Shown here one piece after another: positions 43,014 to 60,146 of a stretch of 64,000 bases of DNA. Within the stretch, counting starts at the first letter, position 1; every line of letters begins with the position of its first letter. The position numbers were made by a program, and so were the translations under genes. The DNA lies in NCBI GenBank assembly GCA_012295275.1, contig CM022668.1, positions 8,742,001 to 8,806,000 of the forward strand, read 5' to 3'. Source of the stretch: Chrysomallon squamiferum. Lineage: Eukaryota; Animalia; Mollusca. The notes under the pieces were generated by a model. It made no database searches and was not told the DNA's origin. It saw only the letters and a list, made by a program, of their open reading frames with translations.

Positions 43014-43599
43014 CCCCTTCACCCTCCTGGGAGAATCTACATTTTTCCCATGCTTAATATGCAAAGCCAAGCAACATGTCTAATTTGAAAAGAAGAAAAA
43101 AAAAAAAAAAGTCTGATTATGCTCAATCATGATTTAATAGCCTACATGATCACATTTCCAAGACTGAAACATAATAATGAGGGCAAACTATGTCAACATT
43201 CACAGAAAAGTCTGCAAACAGCACGATTAAAATGGAAATGAGGCATTCTAACTGCAACAGTTCGAGATCCAGTTATATCCCTTGATGGGAAATGGTGTAT
43301 TCTTATGTAAATTCCACCTATAACATGAACAGCTTTTGACAGCTTCAAATATTTTGATCGTTTTTTTGTAAGTTAAGGAAGTTAATTTAAAACATCGGTT
43401 TTGAAATGATTTTTACAAGTATGAAATGACTCTCTTAGAAATTCATCGTCATTAACAAGACAATAAAATAATAATGAAATCTAAACTCACTTGCTTGGTT
43501 CTGGATTGTTTTCAATTTTCTTTTTTTTTTTTTTTTTTTAATTTTTTTTTTTTTCTAAAGTAACAATCAGGAACAGAAAAATATGGCATGTCTGCTTAA

Positions 43600-43642
<43 letters not shown>

Positions 43643-43712
43643 GAGCCCTTAAAGTTATTTTTCTAGTTTTGATTAATGCATAAATACTATTATACATTAT
43701 AAGTTTATTGAT

Positions 43713-43780
<68 letters not shown>

Positions 43781-44151
43781 ATATATGAAATTCATTTCAT
43801 GAAAATATCCAAATAAAATATTATGCATTAAAATATATGTTGTTATATTTATTTATTTTTGTTGGTTTTATTTTTATTTTTATTTTTATTTTTATAGAAT
43901 TTTTATATTATTATTATTATTATTTTTTTGTGGTGTATTTTCTTCTTGTTTATTTACTGAATTTTTTTCTCTCTCTCATCCTGCTTCTTTTACTTTCTTT
44001 TTGCCTTCTTGTTCTTTCTTTCTCTCTCAAGCTCCTTTTGTTATGTATTTTTAACAGAAACCTTACACGACACTTGTATGAATCTGTCCTTGGTTGTTTT
44101 TCACAGATGTGAATTAATTTAAAATATTCCATACATGCGAAAACATACACA

Positions 44152-44196
<45 letters not shown>

Positions 44197-45948
44197 ATAC
44201 AAAAACTGATTAACGCAGTCACATAAAACAGTTACACTACCACACAGCAGAAGAAGAAGAAAAAATCTTTAAAGGGGGAAAAAAAAAATAAAAAAAAAAT
44301 AAAAATAAATGGAGAAAATCAATTTAGAATTTTACTTCCCCACTAATAAACATCCCAAATACAGCAGAAACTCAATCACTTTAATGCCATCAAGCAACAC
44401 TGTCAAAATAAATTGACCAATTCCGTAGACACCATTATAACAATTGGGCCTGGCTAGGTCTATTGACAGTATGTGTTACAGTCAAAGGCAGGCAGAAAAT
44501 CACTGTTTTAAAGGATATTTGGGGACTGACTTTGTACGTACGATGCACAGAACAGTTACTACTTGAACATGGACTACCCTGATGCATCTGTACTTTCTGA
44601 AGACTGTAATGAGGTTTAGAAAGGGAAAAGAAAATCCAGGAGAGACAGAGCTGGCGCCACGAGATGATTGGCACCTTGAAGAATGGTTGGAGACTGCTGG
44701 TGTTTGTAAAAAGACATCAGTGAGATGTGGATCTTGCTTGGTGTGCAGGCCAGCAGAAGACCACGAAGCCAGTTAAAACTGCGATTATCTTGGAAGATTA
44801 CACGATTGGGAGAAAAAAGAAAATTATTTTTCAAACATTCTTTGATCGTAGATTTCTGGTAGTGTAGATGATGAAAGAAAGAAAGAAAAAAGATGAAAAA
44901 AAAAAAAAAAAATGTGGGCAGCAATATCCTGGTTCATGAAGAACATTTATTTTGATTAACAGAAAGGGTAATAAAAACAAGTTGTTTGCACACTGCTACA
45001 GTGTTCAGTGGATAACAAGTTAAACAAAAATTTTCTGACTGAAGAGAAAGAAAAAAGTAACTAAGATTTTGATTGGACAAGAATAGGAATAAAGTTTTAT
45101 TGATTGGTCAATAAGGAAAATAAAGCATTTTGAGTGCCATGAAAAGTAAACTTGTGTTGAGAAAAAGTTATATTAATATTTTTGAAGTCTTGAAACTGTT
45201 GTAGACAATGTTTTCTTTACCAAAGATATCAAATGTACTGACTTGTTAGTATGCAGCAACAATGATAACTACAACAACTACAACAATAAAATTATCTGAT
45301 AATTATCTGATAAATCAATATTAAATTGTCTTTTATCAAAAAATTTACATTATAAATCTTTTCTTCTTCTCCAAAAAACCCTCAAAAAAACAACAACCTG
45401 ACCATATACTTTTTTACCCAATTTGACAAAAGAGATAAAAACACAAAGTGACAACTTTAATTTTGTTTAATGATCATCATCAACCTAAAAAAAAAACTAA
45501 ACTCAAGTTCTAATTGTTCCTTTCTTTAAAAACGCAGAAAATTAAACTCATAATCACTTTCTGTCTGAAATTTCATCCTCTTCAAGGCTTTCTGGGATGA
45601 GTGTTTCAGTTTGAAATGATCCTTCAGGGTGTAGTTATAAATCCGATTACAGAACACAAAACCCAAATTTAACACTTTATATTGATCTGTCCACTGGGGG
45701 AAATAACATCTCTTCTCCCAGGCTAATGTTAAATCTGCACAGAATTATCTCTGTAAGTTTTAAAATTCAGAACAAATACCCAAATTTGTGATTTCCTCTT
45801 TCTCAAACAGAAATAGAGAATATTTAGTTATTAATAAATAACAAATAAAGAATCATAATAATACTACTACTGTTACTATTACTATTATTACTACTACTGC
45901 TGTTGCTGCTGCTGCTGTTTCCACTACTACTACTACTACTAATAATAA

Positions 45949-45979
<31 letters not shown>

Positions 45980-47231
45980 AAGAAGAATGAATATGAAAAA
46001 AAAGAAAATGCCAAAATAAAAATTTTATGTGAAAAAAATTACAGATTAACATTAATAAAATAAATAAATAATAACATACACCGTAGAAAGAATGCAAAAC
46101 CAAAATGTAATCAATAAAAGTCAAAGTTCATCAGTTTTTATCTGAAATCTTTTCTGAATTAAGAAGCTGGCAGAGGAAACTGGTATTAAAGTACTTTTTG
46201 CCAATCAATGGTTTCCATAAATAAAATTAAAATGTTATTTAAGGAGTTAATCAATATTATTTGTTGCAGCTATATCCTATAACATAATTAATAAAATTAA
46301 TGACTGCAGAAGTCGGTATAATATCAATATAAATAGAAAAGATAAAGAATTTTTTTCTTTCTTTTCTTTTCTTTTCAAATAATAATAGTAATAGTAATAG
46401 AATGAAATTCTGTAATCTGATCATAAGTACTCTATTGTCCAAAAAACCCAGAAACAAACAAAAACAACAACAAATAAATAAAAGAAAGATATAATAATAA
46501 TAATAATAAAATAATAATAAATAATATTATTTAAAAGAATGAATCAATGAATAAAATAAAATAAGATATATATATAATCTACTGATAACAACAAATCAAA
46601 CAAATAATAATGAACTCAAACAAACAAATAAAAAAAGGTATGAAAGAACAGAAAACCAGAAATCCCATTTACGACAAAATTAATGAAAAAGGTTAAAAAC
46701 TCTTAGTCTAGATATCCTGCCAAAAAACTTTGTTTTAGAACTATTTCAAAAATTTCTTTTCTTAATCTAGTATGTCAATATACGGTTTCAAAATGAAAAA
46801 AAGTTTCTAAAACTGAAAAATTTAATTCCTTAAGCAAAATAACATCATAAAAAACCTCAAGAAATGATAATGTAATGATAGCTGAATGATAATAAAATAA
46901 ATATAATTAGGAAAGAAAGAAAGAGTGAGAGAAAAAGTAATGAATACTACCAAAATAATAAATGTGTAAAAAACATTTTTTTTAAACCCAAGAAAAAAGA
47001 TAAAAATATGTAAATTAAGGCATAAATGTTTAACAAAACGTGACACTTGAAAATATATTTTACTTATAAACCTTAAAAACAAAACAAAAGATTATAAAAG
47101 TTTGAATAACAAAAATAAATAAATTAAATAAAAACCAAGTTATGATTTACACTTTCTTCAGTTATCATGTACATTACCTAATTATATATATATATATATA
47201 CACATACATACATACATACATATACATACAC

Positions 47232-47268
<37 letters not shown>

Positions 47269-48003
47269 TACATACATACATACATACATACATACATACA
47301 TACATACATACATACATACATCAACTGTAACATCAACTGTAACATGCAAGTGAAAAAGAAAGTCAAAACAAGAAAAAAAATAAAAATAAAAAATAAAAAA
47401 TAACTGATATAACAAGATCCTCTACACACACCTTGACTCCATCCCAGCATAAATCACAGAAGTAAGCCAGCCAGAAAGCATAACTCTTCAACAAAGAAGT
47501 CAAATAAAAGTTATTTTAAGCCTTCGAGTGCTGTTTTTCGAAAACTCTTTCTCCAGCGAGTCCTGAATCTGGAATTCAACAGGTTGCTGGAAACAGCGTC
47601 AGACAGTCCTGCATGGAGTTAAGCGATATCAATAAATCTTTAAGCGAATCTGGGTAGAGAGGGGGGATGGGAAAACTCAAACACACTCTGATTTACACGA
47701 ACAGCGTTTGATGGCCAATACTGATTTCTCATCAAACCGAGCAGTTGTAAGTCAAGTTAATGACAGCTTTTCCCATGCGTTTGAGGAACTCTCCAATGGG
47801 GAGAGTCCCATAAACTAGTCTCCCTTCAATGTACTAAAAGCCTCCAATGAAGCACAACATGGTGTTTATATAAATTGGAGAAAAAGATGTAATGAATAAA
47901 CCGAATCTTTAAGATGGAGGTTGGTTATTAAGAAGAAGTAACAATTTTTTCGTTGTGAGAAGCTTTTTTTATGAAATGTTTTTGCTCTTGATAATAAAGA
48001 ATG

Positions 48004-48035
<32 letters not shown>

Positions 48036-48292
48036 ATAAAATCAGTAATTTTCTATTACATATTTAACTTTTCTGATATTAATTTTGTTATTCCTTATTT
48101 ATTTTTGTGTGCGTCTTTTTGAAACTATTTCTGCCTTCAGATATGCAGGAATGACTGATAATCATTACCAAAAAAATAGTAAGATAATATTCCATTCCAA
48201 GATTGGTGAATTTTTTTTATATTTAATAACTTTTGTGAAATTTATTCTCTCAAAATTTTTAAATTAATGAATAAAGCTATGAAATAGATTAA

Positions 48293-48370
<78 letters not shown>

Positions 48371-49360
48371 AACTAAGACTCACACACTCCCTTCTGCTAC
48401 TGTCAACACATTTCATTAACACAACAACACCTATTCCAACTGATTAGGGAAATTAAACGTGTTAAAAGTGAATAAATTACAAACATAATTACCTCCCTTT
48501 AGCCTTGTTAATTAAATACAAACATTATCAACAAATTGGAGGGGTGAAAAAAACACAACAAAAAAAAAAACACCTAAATTACTGAGACTGGATCAGTCTT
48601 CTTCACAAGAAAGCTACAAGAAGGAAATTTCATTTCCTGACAAAAGAGAAAATAAATTTCAGAAATTGCCTGCAATTAAATGGTTAATAGTTTGTAATTT
48701 ATTTATCACCATCTCTGCTTCTCTACCAGGACTGCTCCACCCCACTCCACCCCACCCCACCCCCCCCCCAAAAAAAGAGAAATTTCCTTTCTTCACCACC
48801 AAATATTTTGATTTTTACATTTCACAAATTTCACAAACCATATGCTCTCCTCCATCAACTGGACTCCCAACCCCCCTCCAAAAAAAAAAATCCAAAAACA
48901 ATCACCTGCTACTTTAGAAACAGATGTAGCCATTTACCTCATATTTATTATTTCCTGGACAAAACAGCTCAAGATTCATAGACCTTCAGAATGTGCTTGC
49001 TATTTTTTTTTTTTTTTTTTTAGCTTCCATGCCATTAAAAATGTATACAGTTATATAGAGGACTGGCAGACCTGGATGAATAACTGATGGATGCACTGAT
49101 GTACTGACAGACAGATGGACAGTCTGAATGGATGGATGGATGGATGGATATATAACTCAATGGATGGACAGATGAAAAGATGGATAAATGAGGGATAAAA
49201 TGTACTGTAATAAAGCTGAGATTTATACAACTGATGTTAAATATAAATGAAAACAAAAATATGTTAAATAAAAAATACATACACAAGTATACTGACATGG
49301 TTACCTGTGATCATACTTAAAAATGCACATACACACACATGCACACACACACACACACAT

Positions 49361-49441
<81 letters not shown>

Positions 49442-51237
49442 TACACACTTAAAATCATGGTCACACTCAAGTGTATGAAAACATTTAAAATATTAACTTC
49501 CACCCATTGTTCACATTAGCCATACAACAGTATTTTTCAAATAAACAAACAAATAAATAAATATATATATATATATATTTTAATAAAAGGACAAATGAAT
49601 GTTCAAAACAAACATGTTCTTATATTATAATATTCACTAATGTCATTTTCTCTTACAAAAGAAGAATAAGATAGGAGAAGAAGAAGAAGAAGTAGAAGAA
49701 GAAGAAGAAAAAAAAAAGATGAAATCAGTGGAGGGGTTGTGTCCTGGGTTACAAATGACTGGATAAAGACGTGTTTGATAAATGGAAAAGCAAGTCCATG
49801 CATTTAGATGAGGTGAAGTGAGATCAGAAGTGAAAACGCTGGCAATATATCAGCACATCTCATTAGAGCAGCAGCAACAGTCACAACGACATTACATGAA
49901 TTCCTCTGTTCCAATCTGATCATCGACATTTTCACTGATAAATTATTTACAAAGAAAAAAAACACACAAAAAAAAACCACCTTCTTGTAAATGGATAGAT
50001 GTGCAGGCTACTGAAAAGATGTGGATAGATGGATAGATGGAAAGAGAGTTGGTTGGATAGATGGATGAATGGACATATAAGTGAGTGGATGGATAGAGTC
50101 TTGGTTAAGGAAATATGGATGGATGGATGAATGAATATAGGTAATATATAAAAAGATGGACAAACTGATAAATATATAAAAAAAAAAAACTGATTAAAAA
50201 TATAATCTGTAACTAAAACTGTTTTCACTGCAACAATGTATTTGGTAAAAACTTCAGATTATAAACTTTTCTTAAGTAAATAAAGTTTTACTGTACAGGC
50301 ATTCCAAAAGAATGAGAGAAAAACACATTAAAAAATCAAAAATTAAATAAATAAATATATAAATAAATAAATAATAATAAATAATAATAATAATAATAAC
50401 AACAATAACAATAATAATAATTAAAATAATAGTACTAGTAACAATAGTAATAACAGTGATAATAATAAATAAATAAATAAATAAAAATAAATTAAAAAAT
50501 TAAGAACAAAATCCACCGAGCCATGAAATTGCACCAGGCACCAAAAACGCTGAAAGGCATCAGTCACTGAAAACACAAACTCTCCAGGGACAGTGATTCT
50601 TCGTCTAACAACATTACCATGTTTCTGTCATTACTCTTGTACAACTAGCATGGTACACACATTTGTCCAGACTCGGGAGAATGGAGAAATTAGCCAAAAA
50701 GAGCTTACAAGTGTTAAAGAGACAGAACCAATGAATATCGATTGTGTGCAGACTGGAACTGGGTGCACACAAAGCTGCACTAGTGTAGCCTAAAGGCTTG
50801 ATCACTGCTGTGAATACAGGATTTGATTTGGGCAGATCTGTGGGGACACCGCAGAAACAATTTTGGGAACATTATTTAAGTGGGGTCTTTGTGAAAACAA
50901 ACTCCACTGTAATTCTATCATTGTTAGGTCTATCTGGGTTTTTTGTTTTTTCTGGGTTTTTTTCTCAAGGTTAACCAGTACAAGTTGATTATACTAAGTG
51001 ACTAGTCTGACTTCAAGTATAAGTTAATGATACTTAGAAGAAAACAGAAACAGAACTGCATTAACTGCGGTCAATGTTTACACATCATCTTCTTCTTCTT
51101 AATTTACCAGGCAGAGAACCAGTAACACAAAATTAATTATATATTTCAGTTTAAGGATGCTGAACTGTAATGAACACCATAGTGATTTTATTTTTGATAT
51201 ATAATTTAACTGTCTGAGGAATGACAAATAGCAGAGT

Positions 51238-51472
<235 letters not shown>

Positions 51473-52003
51473 GTAACTAAAACTGTGTTCATTGCTGTCC
51501 TTAGAATGTGTAAACATAAAATATTTCATTTCAAAGATTAGCAAAAAATAATTCAAAGAGAGAGAACATAAAGAATTAAATACAAGTCCCCACAGAACAT
51601 GGTTCATTTACCTTTTTTTTATTATTATTATTATTATCTTTTTATTTATTTTTCTCTTTTTTATTTATTTTACATTTACTCTCTCTCTGACATGTCTATT
51701 TTTGTCTTTCTCTTCATTAACAAACTACTGTACAGACAGACAATGGTCTGACATAATTCTTGTTTCTCATTAGGGATAATCACATCTACACAATGACATC
51801 TCTATGACAACCAGTCACACAAAACAAATAGGATTTACATGTCAGCTATTTATTATTTCTTCTTTTTCCTTTTCAAAATTTCTCTAGTTTCTTTCTTTTA
51901 CATGATTTTATGATTATTATTATTAACCTATTATTATTATTATAATTATTAATATTACTATTATTATTATTATAATTATTATTGTTATTATTATTGTTAA
52001 TAT

Positions 52004-52034
<31 letters not shown>

Positions 52035-53122
52035 TTTTATTCTCTCTTATTTTAATTTTTTTGAAAATAGAAATATCCATCATCTCATTGCCCTCTTTCT
52101 ATTTTCAGTCTAATAAAAATCGTTCTTTCATTGTTAGTGAATTCTATATGCTGGCAGACTACTTGATAAAGGACCAATTAAAATCACTCTTAAAGAAAAT
52201 AGTTTCTTTTTTTTCTAAAGCAATTAATGGATCCTGATTGGCAACAGATGAAAATAAAGAGTAAATTAATGGACCTTCAGCTAGGACCATGTGCTGACAA
52301 AATGGGGCAAGTGACAAAAATGAAAGCAGTAACACAATAGTCCAACAGACAGGAAGAAATTATGCAGTTGAATAGGCTTTTAAAACTTAAAATCCAAAAA
52401 AAGAAAATAATATGAAAAAATTAAAATTTTAAATACTTAAATTAAAAAAAAATCAATTAAAAAAAATACTAAACAAAACAACAAACTTTATAAAACAGGG
52501 AGAAGTTAAAAAGAAAGTTTTAAAATAAATGGAATATTAGGCTTTAAGAAAACAAAATCAAAACCAATTATAATAATACTGTATTAAATTAATTTAAGCC
52601 CCACAAAAAAATAAAAAATAAAATAAAATAAAATAATTACAATAATAATAATAATAAAAATAATAATGAAAGAAGAACAAAAAAAGAAATCAACCAAAAT
52701 GCATGAAATATTAATGAAAATGTTACATAACAATCAAGTTAATTGAACATCATCAATACTATTGCTTTAAGTGATTTTAATGTTTGGGATTTTAATTTGT
52801 TTTTCTTTTTTCTTTGTTTTTTTTTTGTTTTGTTTTGTTTTGTTTAGTTGTTTGGTTTTTTTGGTGGGGTGGAGGTCTCCTCATTTTCTTAAATATAATT
52901 TGTGGGATTTTTCATTTTTTAATTTTTTAGCTGCAGTGGCATTTTTTTTTTTAAATAACACACTCATGTTACTAACAAAGGCTTTTTTGTGTGTTTGTCT
53001 ATTTGTTTAATTATTATCCATGGAAGAATTAAAAATATATATAATGATAATAATAATAAGTATTTTATTGAAGCCATCAAATATAAATATATTTTTTTAA
53101 TGATATCAGTTTTCAGGATCAA

Positions 53123-53445
53123 TGCATTAATAAAGATTAAAGAAAAAAGAAAAGGAAATAAAGAAAACAAAAAAGTAAGAAAGAAAAAATAAGGAATAAA
53201 ATTGAAATTACTAAATAAAGACACAGTTGTTTTTTTTTGGGGGGGTTGTTGTAGTTTTTTTAAGGTTTTCAAATTAAGCACTCATACTATAGCTAAAACA
53301 TCTCCATTTTTTTTCTTCATCTTCATGCAAGAATTAAAAACAACCGAGTATTTTACTGAACCTATCAAATAATAGTTTATTAATCGTTTCAGTGCATTAA
53401 TAAAGATTAAAGAAAAAATATAAATGAAATAAAGAAAACAAAAAA
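53123..53445. repeat. dispersed ~50-bp direct duplication
   Basis: tgcattaataaagattaaagaaaaaa...aaataaagaaaacaaaaaa at ~53123 and ~53393. Confidence 0.75.
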
Positions 53446-54150
53446 TAAAACATAAAAAAATAATAAAGATATAAAACAGGAGGAAAAGTAGTGAAAAAAT
53501 AATTTCTTAATTACATCTGTGTTATTTTATTCTACTGATTCAATCAAACATTTAATAATAACTATAATAATAACAATAACAATAATAATCATAATAATAA
53601 CAATAATAATAATAATAATAGTAATAATAATAATAATAATAATAAAACTATTATCAGGTTTTTTTTTTTTTGTTGTTTTGGGCTTTTTTTGTTGAGTTAT
53701 TATTATTATTTTTTTTTAATTTGTCTTATTTTTCTGGTATTTTTTTTTTAAATGTTCGTTCAATCTCTAAATTATTTGCTTTTCCTTTCAATTTGACTCT
53801 CTGCCTCTGGCAAAAAGCATTTCAATTTTTATTCCATTTTCGTAACGACAAAGCCAAGTTCTTTCACTACAAAAACATTAAATGAGTTGAACATTAATTC
53901 TACAGAAAGAAGATAAAAAAAAACCCTTTAATATAAAAAATAAAAAAAACTTTTTTTCCATTTAGTTAGTGCATAAAAGATTTAAAATTTAAAAAAAAAA
54001 AAAAATAAGAAAAAGAAATCAATAGTAGTTTGATGGTGTGCAGTCAAGCGTGGATAAATATCTGCTGGTTTTTGTTTTTTTAAGCTGACTGAAAAAAGTG
54101 TATGATGTATAAAAATATTAAAATCAGGAGAAATAGTAATGAGATATAAA

Positions 54151-54181
<31 letters not shown>

Positions 54182-55691
54182 GTGTGTGTGTGAGTATGTG
54201 TGTGCATGCAAATGTATTAGTGTGTGTTTTTTTAATCCATGAACATCTAGAAACAGAAATATGTTTGTATGTACTACAAATAATATTTGTGTTTCTATAC
54301 ATATGTATGTAACTCTGTGTGTGTGTGTGTATTTGTGTGTGTATTTGTGTGAGAGAAATACAGTAAGCATGAATTTTAGACACTACTGTTCCTACTTTTC
54401 AAATATCTTCAGCCATAAATCAATACGACATTCATTATAAATAAACAGTTTTCTAACAGTTTGAAAAACCTTCCAGTTCGAACATTTAAACAACATGGTC
54501 ACCCAGCCAGAAACCAATGCATTATTCATTATAATTACAAACACCTTTAAAACATAATCTGAAAATGTTTCAATATGAACACTGTGATAGCATCATCTTT
54601 CTCTCTGCATCAGAAACAGCTTTGAGATGCTTCAACTGTGTAAGAAAACTGAAGTTAATTGTCACTGACCAGTGGTTTTTATGCAGGAACATTAAACGCT
54701 ATGGAACAATGAAAGTGGAGCCGGTAACTGACCAGCGAAGTGTCACAGTGGTCACTGATTTCACAGATGATTTACTTCAAGTTTTAAAACCTCTGGAGGT
54801 GTTCAGCATTCATCATTTTCACACTGAGGATCATAAAAAAAAAAAACCCCATGATTTTGAGATTTTATGTTCTTGAAACATTTTAATCTCAAGTGTATCT
54901 TTCGTTATTACTAAGCCTGATTTGCCTTCTGCCTATTTTTTATCATCATAGTATTATAACAAAATTTTCAGCACATCCTAACACATTTTTACAAATCCTG
55001 TACAGTTATCTCAGTATAATGTACTAATATTATAATTCAATTTTAAAACAGATGATAATATCATTAATTTTTTTTTTCAGAAATGGGTAACTGTATGCAA
55101 CCATTTCCATGGTAATAACAAATTTCTACTAAAAGTTTTTACTACTCTTCTATGAATAATTTGTCAGCTTGAGCATAATAAACAACATCAGCAATACCAT
55201 TTATGGCAGATACCAATCCAAATAACAGCATAATTAACAAATTACAAAATCCTTTTGAAAACATAAAATCTGTGTTTCTGTACAAGTAAATTTATCCTTC
55301 ATAGTTTAATAGTGTGTATCTGATGCTGCTAAAACATGTAAAATAAAAATTAGTCTTAAAATATTCCCTTATCTGCTTTTGCATCTGTGAGGTTGGAAAC
55401 AAAATTATTTTACTACTGTTATAAACTCTATGGCAATGAAAAACTATAAAAAAAACATTTAAAAAAAACCAGTCTATAAATATTAAATTTTCTAAGATAC
55501 AACTAACATAGAGAATCACAACTGACTTCATGGTAAAAGATTTTGCTGCCAAGTCCACACAGATGGTAAATCCATTTCCTTTAAAATAGCTTCCCAGTAA
55601 CTAAGCAACCAGCAGTCCAGCAACACCATGGTAACCATCATGCCACCAGTTATCACAGTTTCATTTTTTAATATTTATTAACTTGTTGTTG

Positions 55692-55756
<65 letters not shown>

Positions 55757-56058
55757 GTTGTTGTTGTTGTTCTGTGTAGTTTTCAAAAGACAAAATATTA
55801 TAAATCTCCTGAACTGGTAATAATATCACCTTGATGAAATCACTGCATATTTGACAGTTATTAAACTTCATCATTATTTTTCTTTTAAAAACTTTTATCC
55901 ATTTTCTTATGTTTGTAAGGCCCTATGATTGCTACCTTGTTAGAAGTAAATGTCTAACAAAAATAAAAACCTTACAGTTTGATTTAACCCTGATTTTCAA
56001 ACATAATTTTTACAAACAAATTCTAATTTAGTAAAACATTAATCATCAACACAGTAAT

Positions 56059-56118
<60 letters not shown>

Positions 56119-56230
56119 TATAATAATAATTATAATAATAATAAAAACAATAACAACAGTAATATTAATCACAATAATAATGACAATAACAAGAAAAAGA
56201 AGAGACAAAGATAATAAACAAACAAATATA

Positions 56231-56265
<35 letters not shown>

Positions 56266-56776
56266 ACAAACAAATACAATCCTAAACCCATTACATCAAG
56301 CCTACCTCTAACAACACAACTTCTTACCATCACCAGAATTTACACCTGGATAAAAACTTATCTCATAAAAACCCTGGCGAATTTGAAAACCTCACTTCAG
56401 TATTCATCGCAGCCTAACTCTGCCACTAAAACAGAAATAAAAGTGACCACCGAAGGACCACGAGGAACCACACAACTAAATAAGGACCACGCCAATTGTA
56501 GCATCGTCAAAATACTGTAACGCTGACCATTTGAGTAGAGGTTTAGCATCTACTGGGGTAATCTTAACGACTCTTGCTTTTATGGCCAGCTTAATCAAGC
56601 CATAAAAACAACACATAAAGGTGATTTTCACCAGTTAATTGCCCAAATTAATTTCCTCGCCAACCTGTGGGTAGTCCTTTGAAGCAGGCCACTGCAAGAA
56701 AGTGCGATGGTAGTGGTGGTGGTTTTACATGAGTGTGCATATGAAAAGAGAAAAATCAGACTGACAGATAAAGTGA

Positions 56777-56888
<112 letters not shown>

Positions 56889-57309
56889 AGTTAGTTGATA
56901 GTATTAATTTTTCTTAATTTCTGCAGCTAAAAGCAATGATTATTCCAGACATCTTAAAGTATAAGTTGTGCTATATTCAAGATCTGATTTGACTATATTA
57001 CGGTTTAAGCAGACAGAGAGAGAATTACTGATAAACATTTGGACTTTTTTGGTTTTTGTTAATTTAAATTCTTGTTTATTTATCTTAATGTTACTACATT
57101 TTTCTTTTAACATTCATAAAATTAAAAACTTTTTTTTATCTAGTTCATCTTTAGTATTCCATTTTAATATTACTGTATTAATTTTAATATTCGTTAATAT
57201 CAAAACATTTTTTTCATTCTGTAATTCACTTTAGTATTCCAAAGATAGACATAGAAATAGATAAAATGATAGATCAGGGAACACGAAAGACTGAAACATA
57301 GATACATGA

Positions 57310-57534
<225 letters not shown>

Positions 57535-58263
57535 AAACTAAAAGTAAAAAGATAATGAGTTGGTGATTGATGAAGTACATTTTTGATCCTAATGATTGGA
57601 CATCACAAACAAGCACAAATCTCATAGAATCATGGAACCTGTCTACTTTAATCTACATACTCAACCTAATTAACTTTTACCTACATTCTGACTTACCTTA
57701 ATCACAGGAACGAATCAATTAACAGATTAGTCAAATAAAAAACAGGTCACAAATGGAAACACTGAAATTACTGAACTGGCAATTAGCAAGTTTGTCATTT
57801 CTAACAAGAAATAGGTGAATCCATAATACTTGAATTTCTTTTTCTTTCTTTTTTTTTTTTTTTTTTTTTTTTTCCCATTCTGGAATAAAGTTGGTCAAGT
57901 ATAGTCAATAATATGGTTAGAAATAAAGTAAATTAATGACACTTAGTTGCTTCTTTGTTTGTAATTCAAAACTTATAGGAGAAAATTAATAAAGTGTGTT
58001 ATGTTAATGTGGCATAAGGAAAACATTATTACTATTATTAATTGCATTACCTCCAAATAATCTGTTTTTAATGAAAAATGTAGGTCATAACTAATCTATA
58101 ATATAATTATGATTATTAATTTTTTTTTCTTGATTAATAAGCTCAACAAAATCATTGTGTTGTTATTGTTGTTTTGATTCTTTTGTTTTGCCTTATTCTT
58201 TCATTTACAGCATTAGCATTTTGAGACTGTTATTTTTGATCATGAAGTTTTCTTTTTCATTTC

Positions 58264-58326
<63 letters not shown>

Positions 58327-59167
58327 CCCATTATTAACAGTTTTCATTCATTTAATTTTACATTCACACGTTTGCATTATTTCATACATTTATTCACGAA
58401 TTCATTTATCTTGTTTCTTTACTTATTCATTTATATATTCTCTTATTCATTCATTCATTCATCCATTCATCCATTCATTCATTCATCCATTCATTTATTT
58501 ACTTATTTATTTATTTATTTTTAACATGCACAAATCCGATGACACAAAATCTAACAAGATGTCCAACTTGTGTATCAAATCAATATGATTATCGAACCAT
58601 TTTCGGTCCATTAATTTCCCGCTAGCTCTATGATTGCAACATGGTAGCCATGGGTGGATGTGAATCCACTGTAACACATGGATTGCCAGCAGTCGAACCT
58701 GAGGTGAAAAATCTTTCCAGGGTTAATAAAGCCCTAGGGTTGTGTAGTTTGAGTAAAGTGTTTGAGATGTTGTACTGTAATGAGCACTTGCTTAAGATTC
58801 TGTTAAAAATATTTGTGCTGACTCTTGTCTTGTTGGTGTTGTTGTTGTTGCTGCTGTTGTTATACTTGGGTTAAAGCTACTCTTGTTGTTGTTGTTTTGT
58901 TGTTATCCTTTAATTTTTTAATTTCAAATACTTCATATTCAGATGTTTTGTTTTCTCCACTCTTCATTTTATCATCATCATCATCATTATCAACATCAAC
59001 ATCATCATCATCATCATCATCATAATCAATATAATAAGTTTGTGATATATTGGGGTCATTTTTTTAATATTCAAATTAGATATAAAGAAGATAATTATTT
59101 CCTCTATAATGATTTTGAAAATGTTTATTTTCAAGTATAAATCTTTTCTCTTTAAATAATAATAATG

Positions 59168-59199
<32 letters not shown>

Positions 59200-60109
59200 C
59201 ATAACAACAACAACAACAACAACAAATATAATAAAATAATAATAATAATAATAATAAGAAGAAGAAGAAGAAGAAATATTAAACAGATTCATGTATGAGT
59301 GCTGGGTAGAAAAACTCTTAGTAAATAATAAATTAGATGATGATGATGATGATTATGGTCAATGGCAATAACAAAACAACAATAATAATAACAATAAAAT
59401 AACAATCATCATCAAAACAATAATTCAAAAATTATCAAACCAAACCATCTGCCACCTTAAAACAAAAATACTGCATTTTTTTTTATAAATAAAGCAACTT
59501 AAAAAAAACCTTCTAAACAAAGAAAGAAAACCAAAAAATTAAAAAATTCCCGTACCATGATCAAGAACATTAACACAGACTGCATTAAAAAAAAATTACA
59601 AAACACTGCTCAGAAACAAAGGCAAACAAGAAGCGAACAGAAAACAGACGAAGTGAATTTCGGCAAATTAAACTGAAATAAAAGCCATCTGCTGCGATGG
59701 AAACCGAATTAAAAATACCGTCACATGACATTAAAACACAAAATTTAACTCGTCTCAACACGGATAAAATTACAACATTTTTTTTTTTTTTTTTTTTTTG
59801 TCTTCTAAAACAAGGATAAAAAGAAGATCAATATGGAGTAGCAGTAAAAAAAAAAAAAAAAAAACGAAAAAAAAAAATCTCACACTTTCTCTTTTGTCAG
59901 ATATTCTTAATTCTGAATAATTAAGGCTCCCAGGGCACAACAACAAGTCCTCCCTGTGTGCGCCCGTGTAATAATGTCGAAATAACATTCCCATGATGCC
60001 CTCTGAGTCATCTGCTGCAGGCAATTAAACCAATCACATTTTAGAATCGGAACGAAACAGAAGAATTAAATAATTAGTAAAAGCTATTTCTGTAATTAAA
60101 ATTATATCT

Positions 60110-60114
60110 TATTT

Positions 60115-60146
<32 letters not shown>

